Positions 18,386 through 30,200 of a DNA stretch of 64,000 bases are shown one piece after another (within the stretch, counting starts at the first letter, position 1; every line of letters begins with the position of its first letter). Both the position numbers and the translations under genes were made by a program. Where the stretch lies: contig OZ241841.1 of assembly GCA_965202665.1 (NCBI GenBank), positions 1,120,001-1,184,000 on the forward strand, read 5' to 3'. The stretch comes from Candidatus Spongiisociaceae bacterium. Lineage in GTDB: Bacteria > Actinomycetota > Acidimicrobiia > Spongiisociales > Spongiisociaceae. The notes below the pieces were generated by a model. It was given only the letters and a program-made list of their open reading frames with translations. It was not told where the DNA came from and searched no databases.

Positions 18386-19631
18386 AAGACTCATGGGTGC
18401 TTGGGGTTTGTTTTTCTTTCCACAGCCTTATGATAAATCGGTCTTCATCGGCTATCAGGTCAGGTTCGGTACCGTTGTGTTCCAACATATCGGGGATGAT
18501 CTTATTGCGAACTCCCATGCCGCGTGCTTCGGCGTATCCGTAGTCCCGCATAATATTTACTAGTGTCTGATTGCGCATATAACGGAACCCGGCTTTTATT
18601 TTTTCCACGGTTACGGTGTTGGGCAGGCGACCGGGGCTTTCTATCTCCATCCGGTCCGCATAGATGGTGAGGGTTATTTCAGTACCGGCGATAGTGTAGT
18701 CCCGATGCACCAGCGCGTTGATTACGGCCTCTCGTACAACATGCTCCGGATATTCCCACCGGTCGACCCTTTGCATTCCATCCAGAAAGGCGGTTGGAGT
18801 GGTATTGCGTCTTACGAAATCCCAGGCCTGCTCCGCCAAACCGGGTTCAACTAGGGTTCCGTTTTGCGCTTTCAGCGAAACCATCGGACCTTTGAGATAT
18901 TCATCAGCGTGGGTCGCGTAGTCGCGATCTGTGCCCGGATAACAAAACGCTCGGATTCCGGACTGTGGTAAAAACCGCTTGGGCTCTTTACCAAAAAGCA
19001 GCAATCCGTCTATTGTCGCAACAGACTGTCCCCTATATTCAGTCATAAGATTGATGTTTCGCAACAGCGGTTCCCACTCACTTATGTCATCCCACGATAG
19101 TGACTCATCCCCCAATATACGATTAAAGTATTCGTTTATACGTCTAATATCAAAAGAATTTATATCAGTGCCATATACTGGTTTCAATCCATAATTCAGC
19201 TGACCAGAGGCTTGAAATAATCTTTGCAACTCCTCGCGACTCGCTTTCTTATTGGTGCTACCAACTCGTATATAATATTCCTCATTTTTATTCTTGATAT
19301 AGGCATATGGCTTACTAATACCTGGTGCTATGTCAATGGCAAGCACATCTTTACCTGGTTCCACATCTCTGATCCATAAAAGGGTTGGGTTGGTCGGAGG
19401 ATCAATCCTATCTCGACATGTGTTAACCACCCATTCTCCTAAATTCTTGTCGGTAGTAACACCGGAAAGATTACGATCATCTTCCACTCCCAGGAAAATA
19501 TATCCGCCTTCATGATTTAGGAAGGAAACAACTTCTTTAGCCAATTTACCGGTGGACACATTTACATTTTTAAACTCCACCTTGGAGTTCTCGCCGTTAT
19601 GGAGAAACTCTAAGAATTCAATTTTGTTCAT
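18360..19631 (-). CDS. AlbA_2 (Schlafen-like) domain + HATPase_c_4 protein
   Basis: GENSKVEFK, SFLNHEGGYIFLGVEDD, YYIRVGST, YPEHVVREAVINALVHRDY, ESPGRLP, RNQTL; AT-rich; AGGAG SD. Confidence 0.9.
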   Translation of the reverse strand: MNKIEFLEFLHNGENSKVEFKNVNVSTGKLAKEVVSFLNHEGGYIFLGVEDDRNLSGVTTDKNLGEWVVNTCRDRIDPPTNPTLLWIRDVEPGKDVLAIDIAPGISKPYAYIKNKNEEYYIRVGSTNKKASREELQRLFQASGQLNYGLKPVYGTDINSFDIRRINEYFNRILGDESLSWDDISEWEPLLRNINLMTEYRGQSVATIDGLLLFGKEPKRFLPQSGIRAFCYPGTDRDYATHADEYLKGPMVSLKAQNGTLVEPGLAEQAWDFVRRNTTPTAFLDGMQRVDRWEYPEHVVREAVINALVHRDYTIAGTEITLTIYADRMEIESPGRLPNTVTVEKIKAGFRYMRNQTLVNIMRDYGYAEARGMGVRNKIIPDMLEHNGTEPDLIADEDRFIIRLWKEKQTPSTHESFSPFDGTS

Positions 19632-19766
19632 GTTAGCAACTCCTACCGAAGCCTATTTCCCGGGGCGAACGCGTTGCGTGGGAACACCGCTACGGCGGGC
19701 GGCGTTCCCACGTTCGTCCGTCATTGTTGTAAGCGGAGGCGGCTATCAGCAACCGCCGCTTCCCGA

Positions 19767-20300
19767 TTAGCGATCGCCCGCCTCCCGATTTTCGATCTCC
19801 GCCTCCCGAATCTCGATCTCCGCCTCCCTATTCGCAATCGCCGCCTCCCTATTCGCAACCGTCGCGTCCCGAATCTCGATTGCCGCCTCCCTATTCGCAA
19901 CCGTCGCGTCCCGAATCTCGATTGCCGCCTCCCTATTCGCAATCGCCGCCTCCTGATTCGCAACCGTCGCGTCCCGATTCTCCACCGCCGCATCTCGAAC
20001 CTCAACCGCCGCCGCCCGAATCCCAACTATCTCGTCCCGAATCTCAACTATCGCGTCCCGGCTGGCAACCACCGCCTCCCGGGTAATATCCATCACCTCC
20101 CGCAATTCGGAAGTGGACGCTTTCAAATCGGCGGCGGGTGCTTTCAAATCGGCGAGGGACGCCATCAAACTGTCAGCGGCCGCGTCCAGGTTGGAGAACA
20201 CGGCATCTATACCGGCCGCGGTTTCCAGCAGGTTGCCGCCCGCCTTTCGGATGATGTCCGCCGGGTCGGTCGGGTCGGGGGTTCCATGGTCGTTCGTCAT
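19767..20300 (-). CDS. Ala-rich heptad-repeat coiled-coil protein (subfamily A), probably frameshifted near the 3' end (true end ~19721)
   Basis: (ANREAAI/EIRDATV)n heptads; the repeat continues in another frame as AIANREAAVADSRLRLQQ*. Confidence 0.72.
   Translation of the reverse strand: MTNDHGTPDPTDPADIIRKAGGNLLETAAGIDAVFSNLDAAADSLMASLADLKAPAADLKASTSELREVMDITREAVVASRDAIVEIRDEIVGIRAAAVEVRDAAVENRDATVANQEAAIANREAAIEIRDATVANREAAIEIRDATVANREAAIANREAEIEIREAEIENREAGDR
19783..20057. repeat. 21/42-bp degenerate tandem repeats
   Basis: TCCCTATTCGCAACCGTCGCG / TCCCGAATCTCGATTGCCGCC units. Confidence 0.85.
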
Positions 20301-20538
20301 TTTTTCAATCCTATCCGGTTCGGGGGAGCGGAACCTGTCCGTCCCCGGCCTTTACGTTACTACCTTCCGTTCCGGTCGTCGCCCGTGCCCGAACGGGTGG
20401 CCCGGCAGTTACACGCCGCCATCCCGCGACCGGTGGCGTCAGCCCATGGTAACCGTCTGCCGCAGTTAGTTGTACCAGGGCTCTTCGCGTCCCGGATCGC
20501 CCGCTGGTTTGCCGCCTTGTTCGGGCACTGGCGGATCG

Positions 20539-20862
20539 TTATTCTTCTTCCGTTACCCGTTCGGTGGGAAACCCGGTTCGATTGTGTGCCGTCAGCTGGT
20601 CGGAGAACGGTTTGAAAACGTCCCGGGCGGCTTTCCGCAATGCTTGCCGGACAGCCGGACGGACGCTGTTGTAGTCGGAGCCAACCACGCTCCACACATC
20701 GTCCAAAACCATTTCGTAGGCAGCCGCAACTATCCCCTCCCGCACCGCCCGATGGATTATATCCTGCAGGTCGGCCACCGCGTCGGGAGTCGGCCCGCTC
20801 GTTGCCATATCGGTCATAGTGGGCTCTGGTTCGATCATCAACGGATCTTCGCCTACGGTCAT
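20539..20862 (-). CDS. Hypothetical protein (107 aa)
   Basis: GGAGAG..AAGG SD, upstream TAGAAT; shares DL..II.R.VR.GI..AA with the 21003 ORF. Confidence 0.6.
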   Translation of the reverse strand: MTVGEDPLMIEPEPTMTDMATSGPTPDAVADLQDIIHRAVREGIVAAAYEMVLDDVWSVVGSDYNSVRPAVRQALRKAARDVFKPFSDQLTAHNRTGFPTERVTEEE

Positions 20863-21002
20863 CTTTTACCTTTTCTCTCCAAGACGAGGGTTCCGCTGGG
20901 TTTTATTCTACTATAGGCGAATTTTTATATTGGGCGGAGTTTGACGAAGGAGGATGTTTCTATTCAATCCGGTCGGTTACCGGTCGCATATCCGTCCCGA
21001 CG

Positions 21003-21215
21003 CTAGCGGTGAATGTTGACCAAAGCCCGGCGGGCGGGGTTCCATTCGGCTTTGAAATTTTCAAACATCGCGTCGTGTACGGCGCCGGTTGCCGCTAAGG
21101 CGATACCGTCTCGAACTGTCCGCTCAATGATGGTGCGGATGTCTTCGGGTTCCGCCGGTTTCCGCCGTTTCCGCCACCACCGGGGGCGACGGGTCGCAAT
21201 CGAATTCTCGTTCAT
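21003..21215 (-). CDS. Hypothetical protein (70 aa)
   Basis: AAGGAG SD; basic RRPRWWRKRRK N-terminus; similar to the 20539 ORF. Confidence 0.55.
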   Translation of the reverse strand: MNENSIATRRPRWWRKRRKPAEPEDIRTIIERTVRDGIALAATGAVHDAMFENFKAEWNPARRALVNIHR

Positions 21216-21274
21216 CCTTGCGCTCCTTGCGGGGGTGTTCTGTCTGGTTTCTTCTTATTCTGCTTTCGGCGGGT

Positions 21275-24200
21275 TTAGCTGGGGGCGGAGTTTAGGGCTC
21301 TTACGAAGAAGGAGGCCATCTGGGCTCGGGTTACCGGCTCGTTCGGGCAGTAGCGGAGCGGGTCGGTGCTGCAACCCAGCGTTATCTCCGCCTGATACAG
21401 GCCCTCTATGGCCCGCACCACGTCCTCTGACAGGCCGGACACGTCTGTGAACAGGTTCTCCGCTTCGTCCACCGACTGCAGGTGGGAGAAAGCGGCTATC
21501 AGCATCACCGCCATGTCTGCCCGGGTTACCACCCCGCCCGGGTTGAACATTCCGTTGGGCGCGGAGAAGGCCCCGATGGAGGTCACCCAGTCCGCATACT
21601 GGCTGTACCAGGCCCCCGCCGGGACGTCCGTAAACTCAACGCCGGAAGGAGGCGGGGCCGGGGCGCCCGACCGTTCCACCACCGCCCGGTACAGGAAAGC
21701 GGACATCTGGCGGCGGGTGATGGACTGGCCGGGGCAGAAATTGCTGCGGTCATCGCAACCGCGGGTGATCCCCTCCTCGGCGATCACCTCGATGTTGTCC
21801 TCGTGGACGCTCCCTTCGTCATCCCGGAAAGTGCCCTCCCACGTCTCCGGTTCGGTCGGAGCAACCGGCTCGCCCGGAGCGGTCGGCTCAGCGGGCCCGG
21901 TCGGGGCGGTGGGGCCGGTGGGAGCAGTGGGGCCGGTCGGGGCGGTGGGGGCGGGCGGACCGGTGGGAGCGGTCGGCCTGCTGGGGGGCGGAGTTATCAC
22001 CCGGGTGCCGGTGGGCGGCGAGGGGGTGTCGTTGTCGGTGATGGTGATGGTTCCGCCCCGGCTGTTCACTGTCACCCCGGAGGACTCCGGAACGGTCAGG
22101 CGAATGCCGAAGGACTCATTTTCCTCCACGTTGCGATCGTTGATGATGACCACGGTGAAAGTCTGGGTTTCGCCTTCGGTTCCGACGAAGTTCAACGCCT
22201 GGTTGGTGACCGCCTGGTAGTCATTCCCGGCGGTCGCGGTGCCGTTCACGGTGGAAGCCCGGGCGGTGAACCCGCTGTCCGGAATGCCGGTCAGGCGAAC
22301 GGAGATCGTCACCCTCCCTGCGTTTTCCTGCACCGTCTGGTTGCCGATGCTCAACTCGGGCACCGCATCGTCGTCCACGATCCGCAAACTGGTGGGGGTG
22401 ACCGTGAACCCGCCGGCCGTACCGGTCACCGCGATCCGTTCGATGGATTCCCGGTCGGCGTCGTCTCTGATGACCACGGTGAACGTCCCCGCCGTGGTCG
22501 ACTCGCGCTCCCGGGCGGGAATAGTGACCGTAAACGGGCTGGGAACCGTAAGGCTGTCGAAGTCGGTTCCGACGGTGGCGGAAGTATTGCCTCCGCTCGA
22601 GACCACCATCACGGTGACCGTGGTGGCGGTGGTCAGCACGGCCGAACCGGCCGGGAAGTTGGCTTTCACCCCGATGGTCTGGGGGGCGGTGCCCACGTTT
22701 TCCATCACGCCGTTCGCCGGGTCCACCGTCAACTCGATGCGGGTGGGGGCCGTGTCGTCGTCCGTCACCGTCACCGTGGCGTTCACAACCGCCATATCGG
22801 TGGCGGTCCCGCTGATCGTCCAGGTGCCGCCGCCTTCCCCGAACACGTTGTCGTCCCGCACGCTCACCAAAACATCGGTGGTTCCGGTCCTGCTCCCGGC
22901 GGGGATGTTGATGGTCCCGTTGGCGGTAACGGCGTCCCCGCCGGCGGTGGTGTAATGGGTGGTTACCGTCAGGTTGACGGTAACTCCGCTGGTAGGCAAC
23001 ACCGCATCGTTGGGAATGGCGGCCTGTATCCGCAACCGGGCGGAGCCGGCCCCTTCCGAAATGGTGCTCTGTATCCCGCCGGTGGAAACGTCGGTGTCCA
23101 CCGACAGGTTGATGATGGCCCGGTCGGTGAGGGACAAATCGACGGAGTCCGAACGGGAAGAGCCGTCCACGGTGGCCGTCCCGGACACTTTCGCCTTCTC
23201 GGTTCCTTCGTCCCGTCCGTCCATCGGAGCGGTCACCTGGAAAGTTCCGGTGCCGCTGATCTGCCCGGCGGCAATGTTGACGGTGAGCGAAGTGGGGTTG
23301 GCGGTGAAGTCGTCGGCGCTTCCGCTCCCCAGGCTGGCCGCGTCCGTTCCGTCGCCGCTGGCCACCGTCACCGCCACCGCGGTGGCGGAGGTGCGGGTGG
23401 AGCGGGTGACCCGGGTGTCGCCGGTGTAGCGGGCGGTGACGGTTATGGTGTGGGCGGCGGCCCGTTCCACCACCGTCCCCGGCGACAGGGAAAGTTCAAT
23501 GTCGCCGTCGGCGTCCGTCACCGGCAGGGAAACGGCGGTGGCGGACCCCAGCGGGGACGACCCGCCCACCGACAATGTCTCTTGCCCTTCGCTGACCGTG
23601 TCATGATTGACGCTCAACCCGGCCAACGTCCCGGCGGTGGCGCTGCTGGTGGTCCCGGCGGGGATGGTCACCCGGTTGGGCGTGGAAGGGGAGTACCGGA
23701 AGTCGCCGGAGGATAAGGTGGCGGTTCCGTCCGCCGCCGACAGGGTGATCATCAAATCGGAGGTGATCTGCGACGAAGTGGTTCCCGACTTGTAGGCGGC
23801 GGACACCATCACCCCGGAACCGTTGCCGCCTTCGCTCACGGAAGTGTTGGAGGGAATGGACAGCACCACCTGCGCATCGTCGTCGGCGATGGACAGCAAA
23901 ACCCCGGTCACGTCCAACCCGGCGGCGGTCCCGCCCACCTGCACCTTTTCGGTTTCTTCAGCGGCGGCGTCGTTGGTGATCGTCAAATTGGTGAGGGCGA
24001 CCCCGGAGCTGCTGGTGGAACCAGCCGGGATGGTGACCGTAATGGCCGTTCCCGGAGCGGTGAAGTCGGCCGCTTGGGCGGTGGCCTGGGAGGAGGCCAC
24101 GCTGTAAGTCAGGCTGACAACGGTGTTGGCGGCGATAACGGAGGAGGTCCCGGCGAAGCGGGCGGTAATACTGGCGTCCCCGGCGTTGCCATCGGCCTCC

Positions 24201-27200
24201 TCGGCCGTCCCGCTGACGGAGAGGGTGATGGCCGAGTCGTCGTCGGCGATGCCCAAAGACCGGTCCAGCACCGGCAACGACTGGCTGTTGATGGTCACCT
24301 GCCCGCCCCGGAACAGGATAGTTTCGTCTTCCGCCCCTTCCGCTATCCGGTCGTTGTTCACCGTCACGGTGACCAGGGCGGAGGCGGTGGTCTGCCCAGC
24401 GGGGATTCGGACGCCCAAAGCGTGCCCGGTGGGGGTTCCCTGGGGCTTGGCCGGGTAGGACACCCGGAAGTCTTCGGTGGCTCCGAAGGGGGCGCCGCCG
24501 GCGTCCAACACGGCCGTCCCCCCAATCGCGTTCAACCCGACCACCAGGGCGGAAGTGGGGGCCACCGGCACGGTGACGTGGACCCGCACCTGCGTGGATC
24601 CGCTGTTTTCCGCCAGGCTGGTCAAAATGTTTCCTCCGGTGTCCCGCAAGACCACGACCACTCCCCCGTCCAAAATGTCCATCGGGGTTTCGGTTTGCCG
24701 CGACACCCCGTTCACGGTGGCCGACCCGGTCAGTTTCGCCCTCTCGATTCCTTCGTTCAGGCTGTCGTCCCAGGCGGTCAGCTTGAAAGTCCCCGTGTTG
24801 CTGACGGAACCGGCCGCGATGCTTATCGTGATCCGGTCGTTGGTCTGGTCGGTGTCGAAGTCGCCGACGCGCGGCGGCCCGGCCGATCCCAAAACGGCCG
24901 CTCCGGTTCCGTCCCCGCTGGCGACTTGCACGGTAACCGTAACAGCCGAGGTCAGAACGGAGGAGGTGGCGTCGAAAGCGGCTGTGACCGTAATGTCATG
25001 GGCGTCGGCCGATTCCTGCACCGCCGCCGGACTGATGCTGAGTTTGATGTCCGTGTCGTCGTCGTTGATGGTAAGGGTGTCGGAGGTTACCGTCCCGGCC
25101 GCCGCCGCACCGGTGCTGGTGCCGGTGATCAGGAAAGTTTCGGAGTTTTCAGCGATTTGGTCGTCGTTCAAAGTCAAACCGGTGAGGATGGAGGCGGAAC
25201 CGGTCAGATTGGCGGCCCCGATGGGGATGGTCACGTTCACCGGCGTGGCCGGGGCGCGGAAGTCGGTGCCCGACCCCACCGCCGAAGCCGTGGACAGTTC
25301 GGCGGCGGTGACCCGCACCACCAGCGGTTCGGCCAGGTCGTTGGCGGTGGCGGAGGTGAATCGGGCCCGCACCCGCACCACCGGCGACTGGTCTTCCGCC
25401 ACGCCTTTCTGATCGCCGCTTTCATCGTTGTCGGTGTCGGCTATCAACGTGACGTCCAGGTCGGAGTCGTCGACGATGGGCAGTTTGAAGCCGGGCGCTT
25501 CCAGCCCGCCGGTGACGGTCCCGGTTACGTTGATGGTTTCGGTTCCTTCGGCGCGGGTGTCGTTGGTGATGGCCAGAGTGGTCAGGGCGACCGACGATGT
25601 GGGGCTGACGGAGTTGGCCGCGATGGTGAGGGTTATCGCCGTGTTGGGGGCGGTGAAATCGGCCGCTTCGGCGGTGGCCCCGTCGCCGGTTCCGAAAGCG
25701 AGCGTAATCACCGTGGCGGTGCTGATCTCCGAGGTGACGGCGGTGGAGGCGAAAGCGGCCCTGACCGAAGCGTCCCCGGCGTTGCCGTCCGCTTCTTCGG
25801 CCGTCCCGGTCAAGGTGAGGGTGATCCGGGAGTCGTCGTCGGTGATGGTGAGGGTGGTTTCGTCCAACTTGTAAGAGTCGGTGACCGTCCCGCCCACCAG
25901 CACGGTTTCCGGCAATTCGGCGATCGTATCCTGCGTGAACGCATAGCCGGTCAGGGCCGCCGTGTTGCTGGACACCGACCCGGCTGGAATGGTGAAGGTG
26001 ATGGAACTGCCGGGAGAGGTCAAGTCCGCGGCTTCGGCGGTGGCGTCCCCGTCGGTTCTGATGTTCAAAGTGACGGTTACCGGCGAAGTCAGATCCGATT
26101 CGGCGCCGGCGAAGCTGGCCCGGGCCTGCACCGACCCCAGGCTGTCGCCTTCGGTCCCGCCGTCGTAGGGCGACCCGGACAAGGTGAGCGTCCAGGAAAT
26201 GACATGGTCGTCGTCGACGATCGAGAAACTGACCGGGTCGATGTCGGGGAAACCGTCGGGGGGATTCCCGTCGATGACCAAACCTTCCTCGTTCTTTTCC
26301 CCTCCGGCCCCGGCGTCCACCCGGTCGTCGTCGGTGATGGTGAGCGCAAACGACTGGGCCCCGCTGGTGATGGCTTGGGCGGGGATGGAAACGGTGGTGT
26401 CAGTGTAGCTGTAGTCATCCAGATCGGCCCCATTGGAGGCGGCGGAGGCCACCGTAACGGCCACCGCGGCGGCGCTGCTGATGGTGGAGGAAGTAACCGA
26501 GGTTCCGTATTTGGCGGTAACGGTAAAGGTCGCATTGGCGTTTTCCGCTACTTCGGTGGAGCTCAAAACCAGGATTATCTTGGAGTCGGGATCGGCGATT
26601 TCCAGGTCGGCGTTGGGGACGGAGAACCCGGCGGAGCTCCCGGTGAAGCGGACGGTCTCCCTACCTTCCGCAATGTTGTCGGAGTTGGTGGTGATGTTCA
26701 CGTCGGTGGCGGCGGCGCTCAGCTGCCCGGCTTGGATGACGGCGCTTACCGAAGAAGCCGACCGGGTGTAGTCGGCGGCGGCCCCCAGGCCGGCCGTCCC
26801 TCCCGAAGCCCCCACCGTCACCGCCACCGTGGTGTTGGCGGTGAGGGAGGAGGAGGAGGCGTCGAGCGTTGCCCGCACCCGCACCGCCTGCACGGTCTGC
26901 GATCCGTCGGCTTCGCTGAGTTCGGCGAGGGCGTTGTCGGAGGAGTCGGTGAAAGTCAACGTCACGCCCCGGTCTTGGTCCATGATGGTAACGGTCGCCG
27001 GGTCCACTTGGAATCCGCTCAAAGTTCCGGCCACGCCCAACGTTTCGTGGTCTTCGGCCTCGTCGTCGTCCGTGGTGGACAAATCGAAGGTGGCGGTTCC
27101 GGTGGTGGCCCCGCCGACGATTTCCACTCGGAACGGCGAGGTGGCGGGGTTGGCGCTGTAGTCGGCGGGTTCCGCCGTGTAATCCCCGTCGTCTTTCACT

Positions 27201-30200
27201 TCCAAGGCGACGGTGCGTCCGCCGGCGGGGGCGGCTTCCCCGATGGTGGCGGTGACGGTAACGGTGACGGCGGCGGTGTTGGTGACGGTTCTTTCATCCA
27301 CTGAAGCGTTGTCTACGGTCAGATCCACGTCATCATCCACGATGGTTATCGCGGTGGCCGTTATGTTGGAGAACCGGACCGAAGTCCCGGACGCGGCCAG
27401 GGTTTCGTTGGGTTCCACCGTCCGGTCGTCGGCGACTTTCAGCCGCAGGGTGACCGTGTCGGAGGTGAGTTCCCCGTCGTCGAAAGTGATGTCCACGCCG
27501 CTCAACGGGTCTCCGGAGGCGTCCACCAGCTGGAAGTCATCACCGGTCCCGCCGCCCAGGTCGGCCTTGTTGGCGTCGGCGGTTTCTGAAAAGGCCAAAG
27601 TGATGGTTCCCCCGCTCGCCGTCCGCGGCTTGTCGGGCAGGGTGGCGGTCACTTCCACTTCGATGACGCCGTCCGCTTCCGCCACGTCGGTCTGATTGCC
27701 GACCGTCCCGGTGTCGGTGTCCACCACCAGGGTGACCGGGATGTCGTCGTCGAAGACAGTAAGTCGGCCTCTGTTGATGGTGAAGTCGACGGTCTGCGTT
27801 CCCGCCACGGTCCCTTCCAGGGTCAGGTATTCGTCTGCTTCCGCGACTTCATCGTTGTTGAAAGACAGGTTGGTCAGGCTGACGGTGGCGCTGTTGTCGC
27901 CGGCGGGTATCGTCACGCGCACCGGGTTGTTTTCGGTGTCGACCGAGTCGGAGAAGTCCCCGGCGCTCCCGTTGGTTCCGTCCCATTTGCCGTCGGCGGT
28001 CCCCGCGAATATGTAAACGTCCAGTTCGGTGTCGGCGCCGAGGACGGAGGTCCCCGGGTAGGAGGCCTTCACTTTGACGGGCACCGCCGACCCGACGTTT
28101 TCCCGCACCGACTCCAAAGGCTGGTCGTTTTCGTCGAGCAGGGTCAGGTTGATTTCCGACACCCGGTCGTTGTCGATGATGTTGAGCGTGGCCGGCATGA
28201 TGGTGAATTTGGGGGTGGCGTCGTCGGGGAGGGTGGAGTAAACGGTAAGGGTCTCCAAAGGTTCGTTGGCTTCCGTATCGTCCATCACTTCCAAACGGAA
28301 GGTAGCGGAGCCGCGGGTTTGCCCGGAGGGGATGGTAACGGTCAGGTCGCCGGTGACCGGATCGCCGTCTCCGTCCACAATCTGGAAGTCGGTTCCTTTG
28401 ACGGCGGTGTCGCCGGGGACGGTGATAGTCGCCTGGAGCCCGTTCGGCCCGATAATGGGCTGTCCGTTGGGGAGGGTGAGCCCCACGGAGCTGGCCGCCC
28501 GGCCGCCCAAACCGAAGGTGAGGACGGTGTTTTTGGAGCGGGCGGCCCCCGGGCCGAAGGTGGCGGTCACCGTGTATTCGGTCACCTCGTCCCCTTCCCG
28601 CACCATCCCCGTAAACAGCCTGGCCGCCGCCGTCCCGGACGCCCCCTCCGCCCCGGCGGACGGAGCGGGCAACACTTGCAGGGCCACGAAGGCGGGCGGC
28701 TCATCGTTGTCGGTGATGGTCAAAGCGGCGTGGGACACTGTGAATTCCCGCTTGGGGAATGCCGGATAGGGCTTGTGGTAGGGGGCTATCGCCTGCCCGG
28801 TCAAAGTGACGGTTTCCGCTTCTTCGCTCAAAAGATCATCGGTCAAACTGATATCAAACGAGCCTTCGCCCGATGATTTCCCGGCCGGGATGGTTACCAG
28901 CACGGTGGCCGGGGCCGTGTAATCCCCCGGCCCCGCCTCGTCGTCCGCATTTTCAGCCGCCCCGCCGATCCGCACCGACACTTTGGTGTCCACCGGGCGC
29001 ACCGGCGACCCCGCCGGGAAGGCGGCCCGCACCGTAACCGAACTGGTTCCGGTTCCTTCCCGCAACCCGCCCGAAGGCACGCTCAGGGCGATCCGGTTGG
29101 GCGCCACGTCGTTGTCGAATATCACCACCTGCGACTGCGGCCCGGCGGTAACCGTAAGATCTTCCCCTCCGATGGGCGACGTAGCCGAACCCGACAGTCG
29201 CACCGCGTCCAACGTGGTGGTTACCCCTTCGGCCACGTTGTCGTCCACCATCACCAAACCGAACCGAACCGAACCGCTGGCCGCGTCCGCCGGAACCGTC
29301 AGCCGCAAATCCTGCGCCGCCACCGGTTCAAAGTCGGGACCTCCCACTTCGGTACCGCTCAGAGCCAACTGAATAACCGCGTCCTCCCCTAACCGGATCG
29401 CGCCTTTCGCCCGGGCGGTCACCGTAACCCACTGCTTGCCCGTCGCCCCTTCCGCTACCAACCGCGGGGAAACCGACAGGTCGTAGGAGGGCAAAACGGA
29501 GTCGTTGTCGGTGATGTAGATAACCGCCGGGGACACCTCGCGACCGGAGGTGGAACCCACTATCTGCAGATTCTCCGTCCTTTCCACGATCTCATCGTCC
29601 GCCAGCGACACCCGAATCGTTCCCGTCGCGCTGCGCGTGCCGCCCGGAATGGTGAGCGTAAGCGCCGTGTCGCGGGTGTTCAGCACCACGCTTTGCACCG
29701 CGTAATCACCCGCCGTGGCCGCCGGGGAAACCGCCCCGTTCCGCACCCGCAACTTCCCGTCCGAGCCGCCCAAGATGATTTCCGTGTCGGCGGCCGGCAA
29801 ATCCGCATCCGCCACCGAGGCCGGGAAAGCCGCCCGCACATTCAAGGTCAAAGGCGACGCCGACCCTTCCGCCAACTCCATTTCCTGCACAAACAAGTCG
29901 GAGCCAATCGTCAAAACAATCGCCGCCGGTTCCGTATCCTGAATGGTCACCATATACGGCCGAACCTCAAACCCGTCGGCGACGCCTTTGAGGATGAACG
30001 TTTCATCCCCTTCCGCTACCGTATCTTCGGTCACGTCAAAATCAGCCGTGGCCGGTTGCGCCTCATTCACATTCGCAGTACTCGGATCGTCAGCCACCGC
30101 CGGACCGAGCCGGGCCAGCACCGCCGTCTCTCCCGCTGGGATCACCACCTGTCCCGCCGTCAACGGCCCGGTCCCGTCCGGGTCCGAGAAGGTCAGGCTG

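Noticed and set aside
21482-27304. 744-aa and 1076-aa plus-strand ORFs and many similar ones opposite the giant gene
   Set aside because: Antisense shadows expected from GC-rich, repetitive codon use
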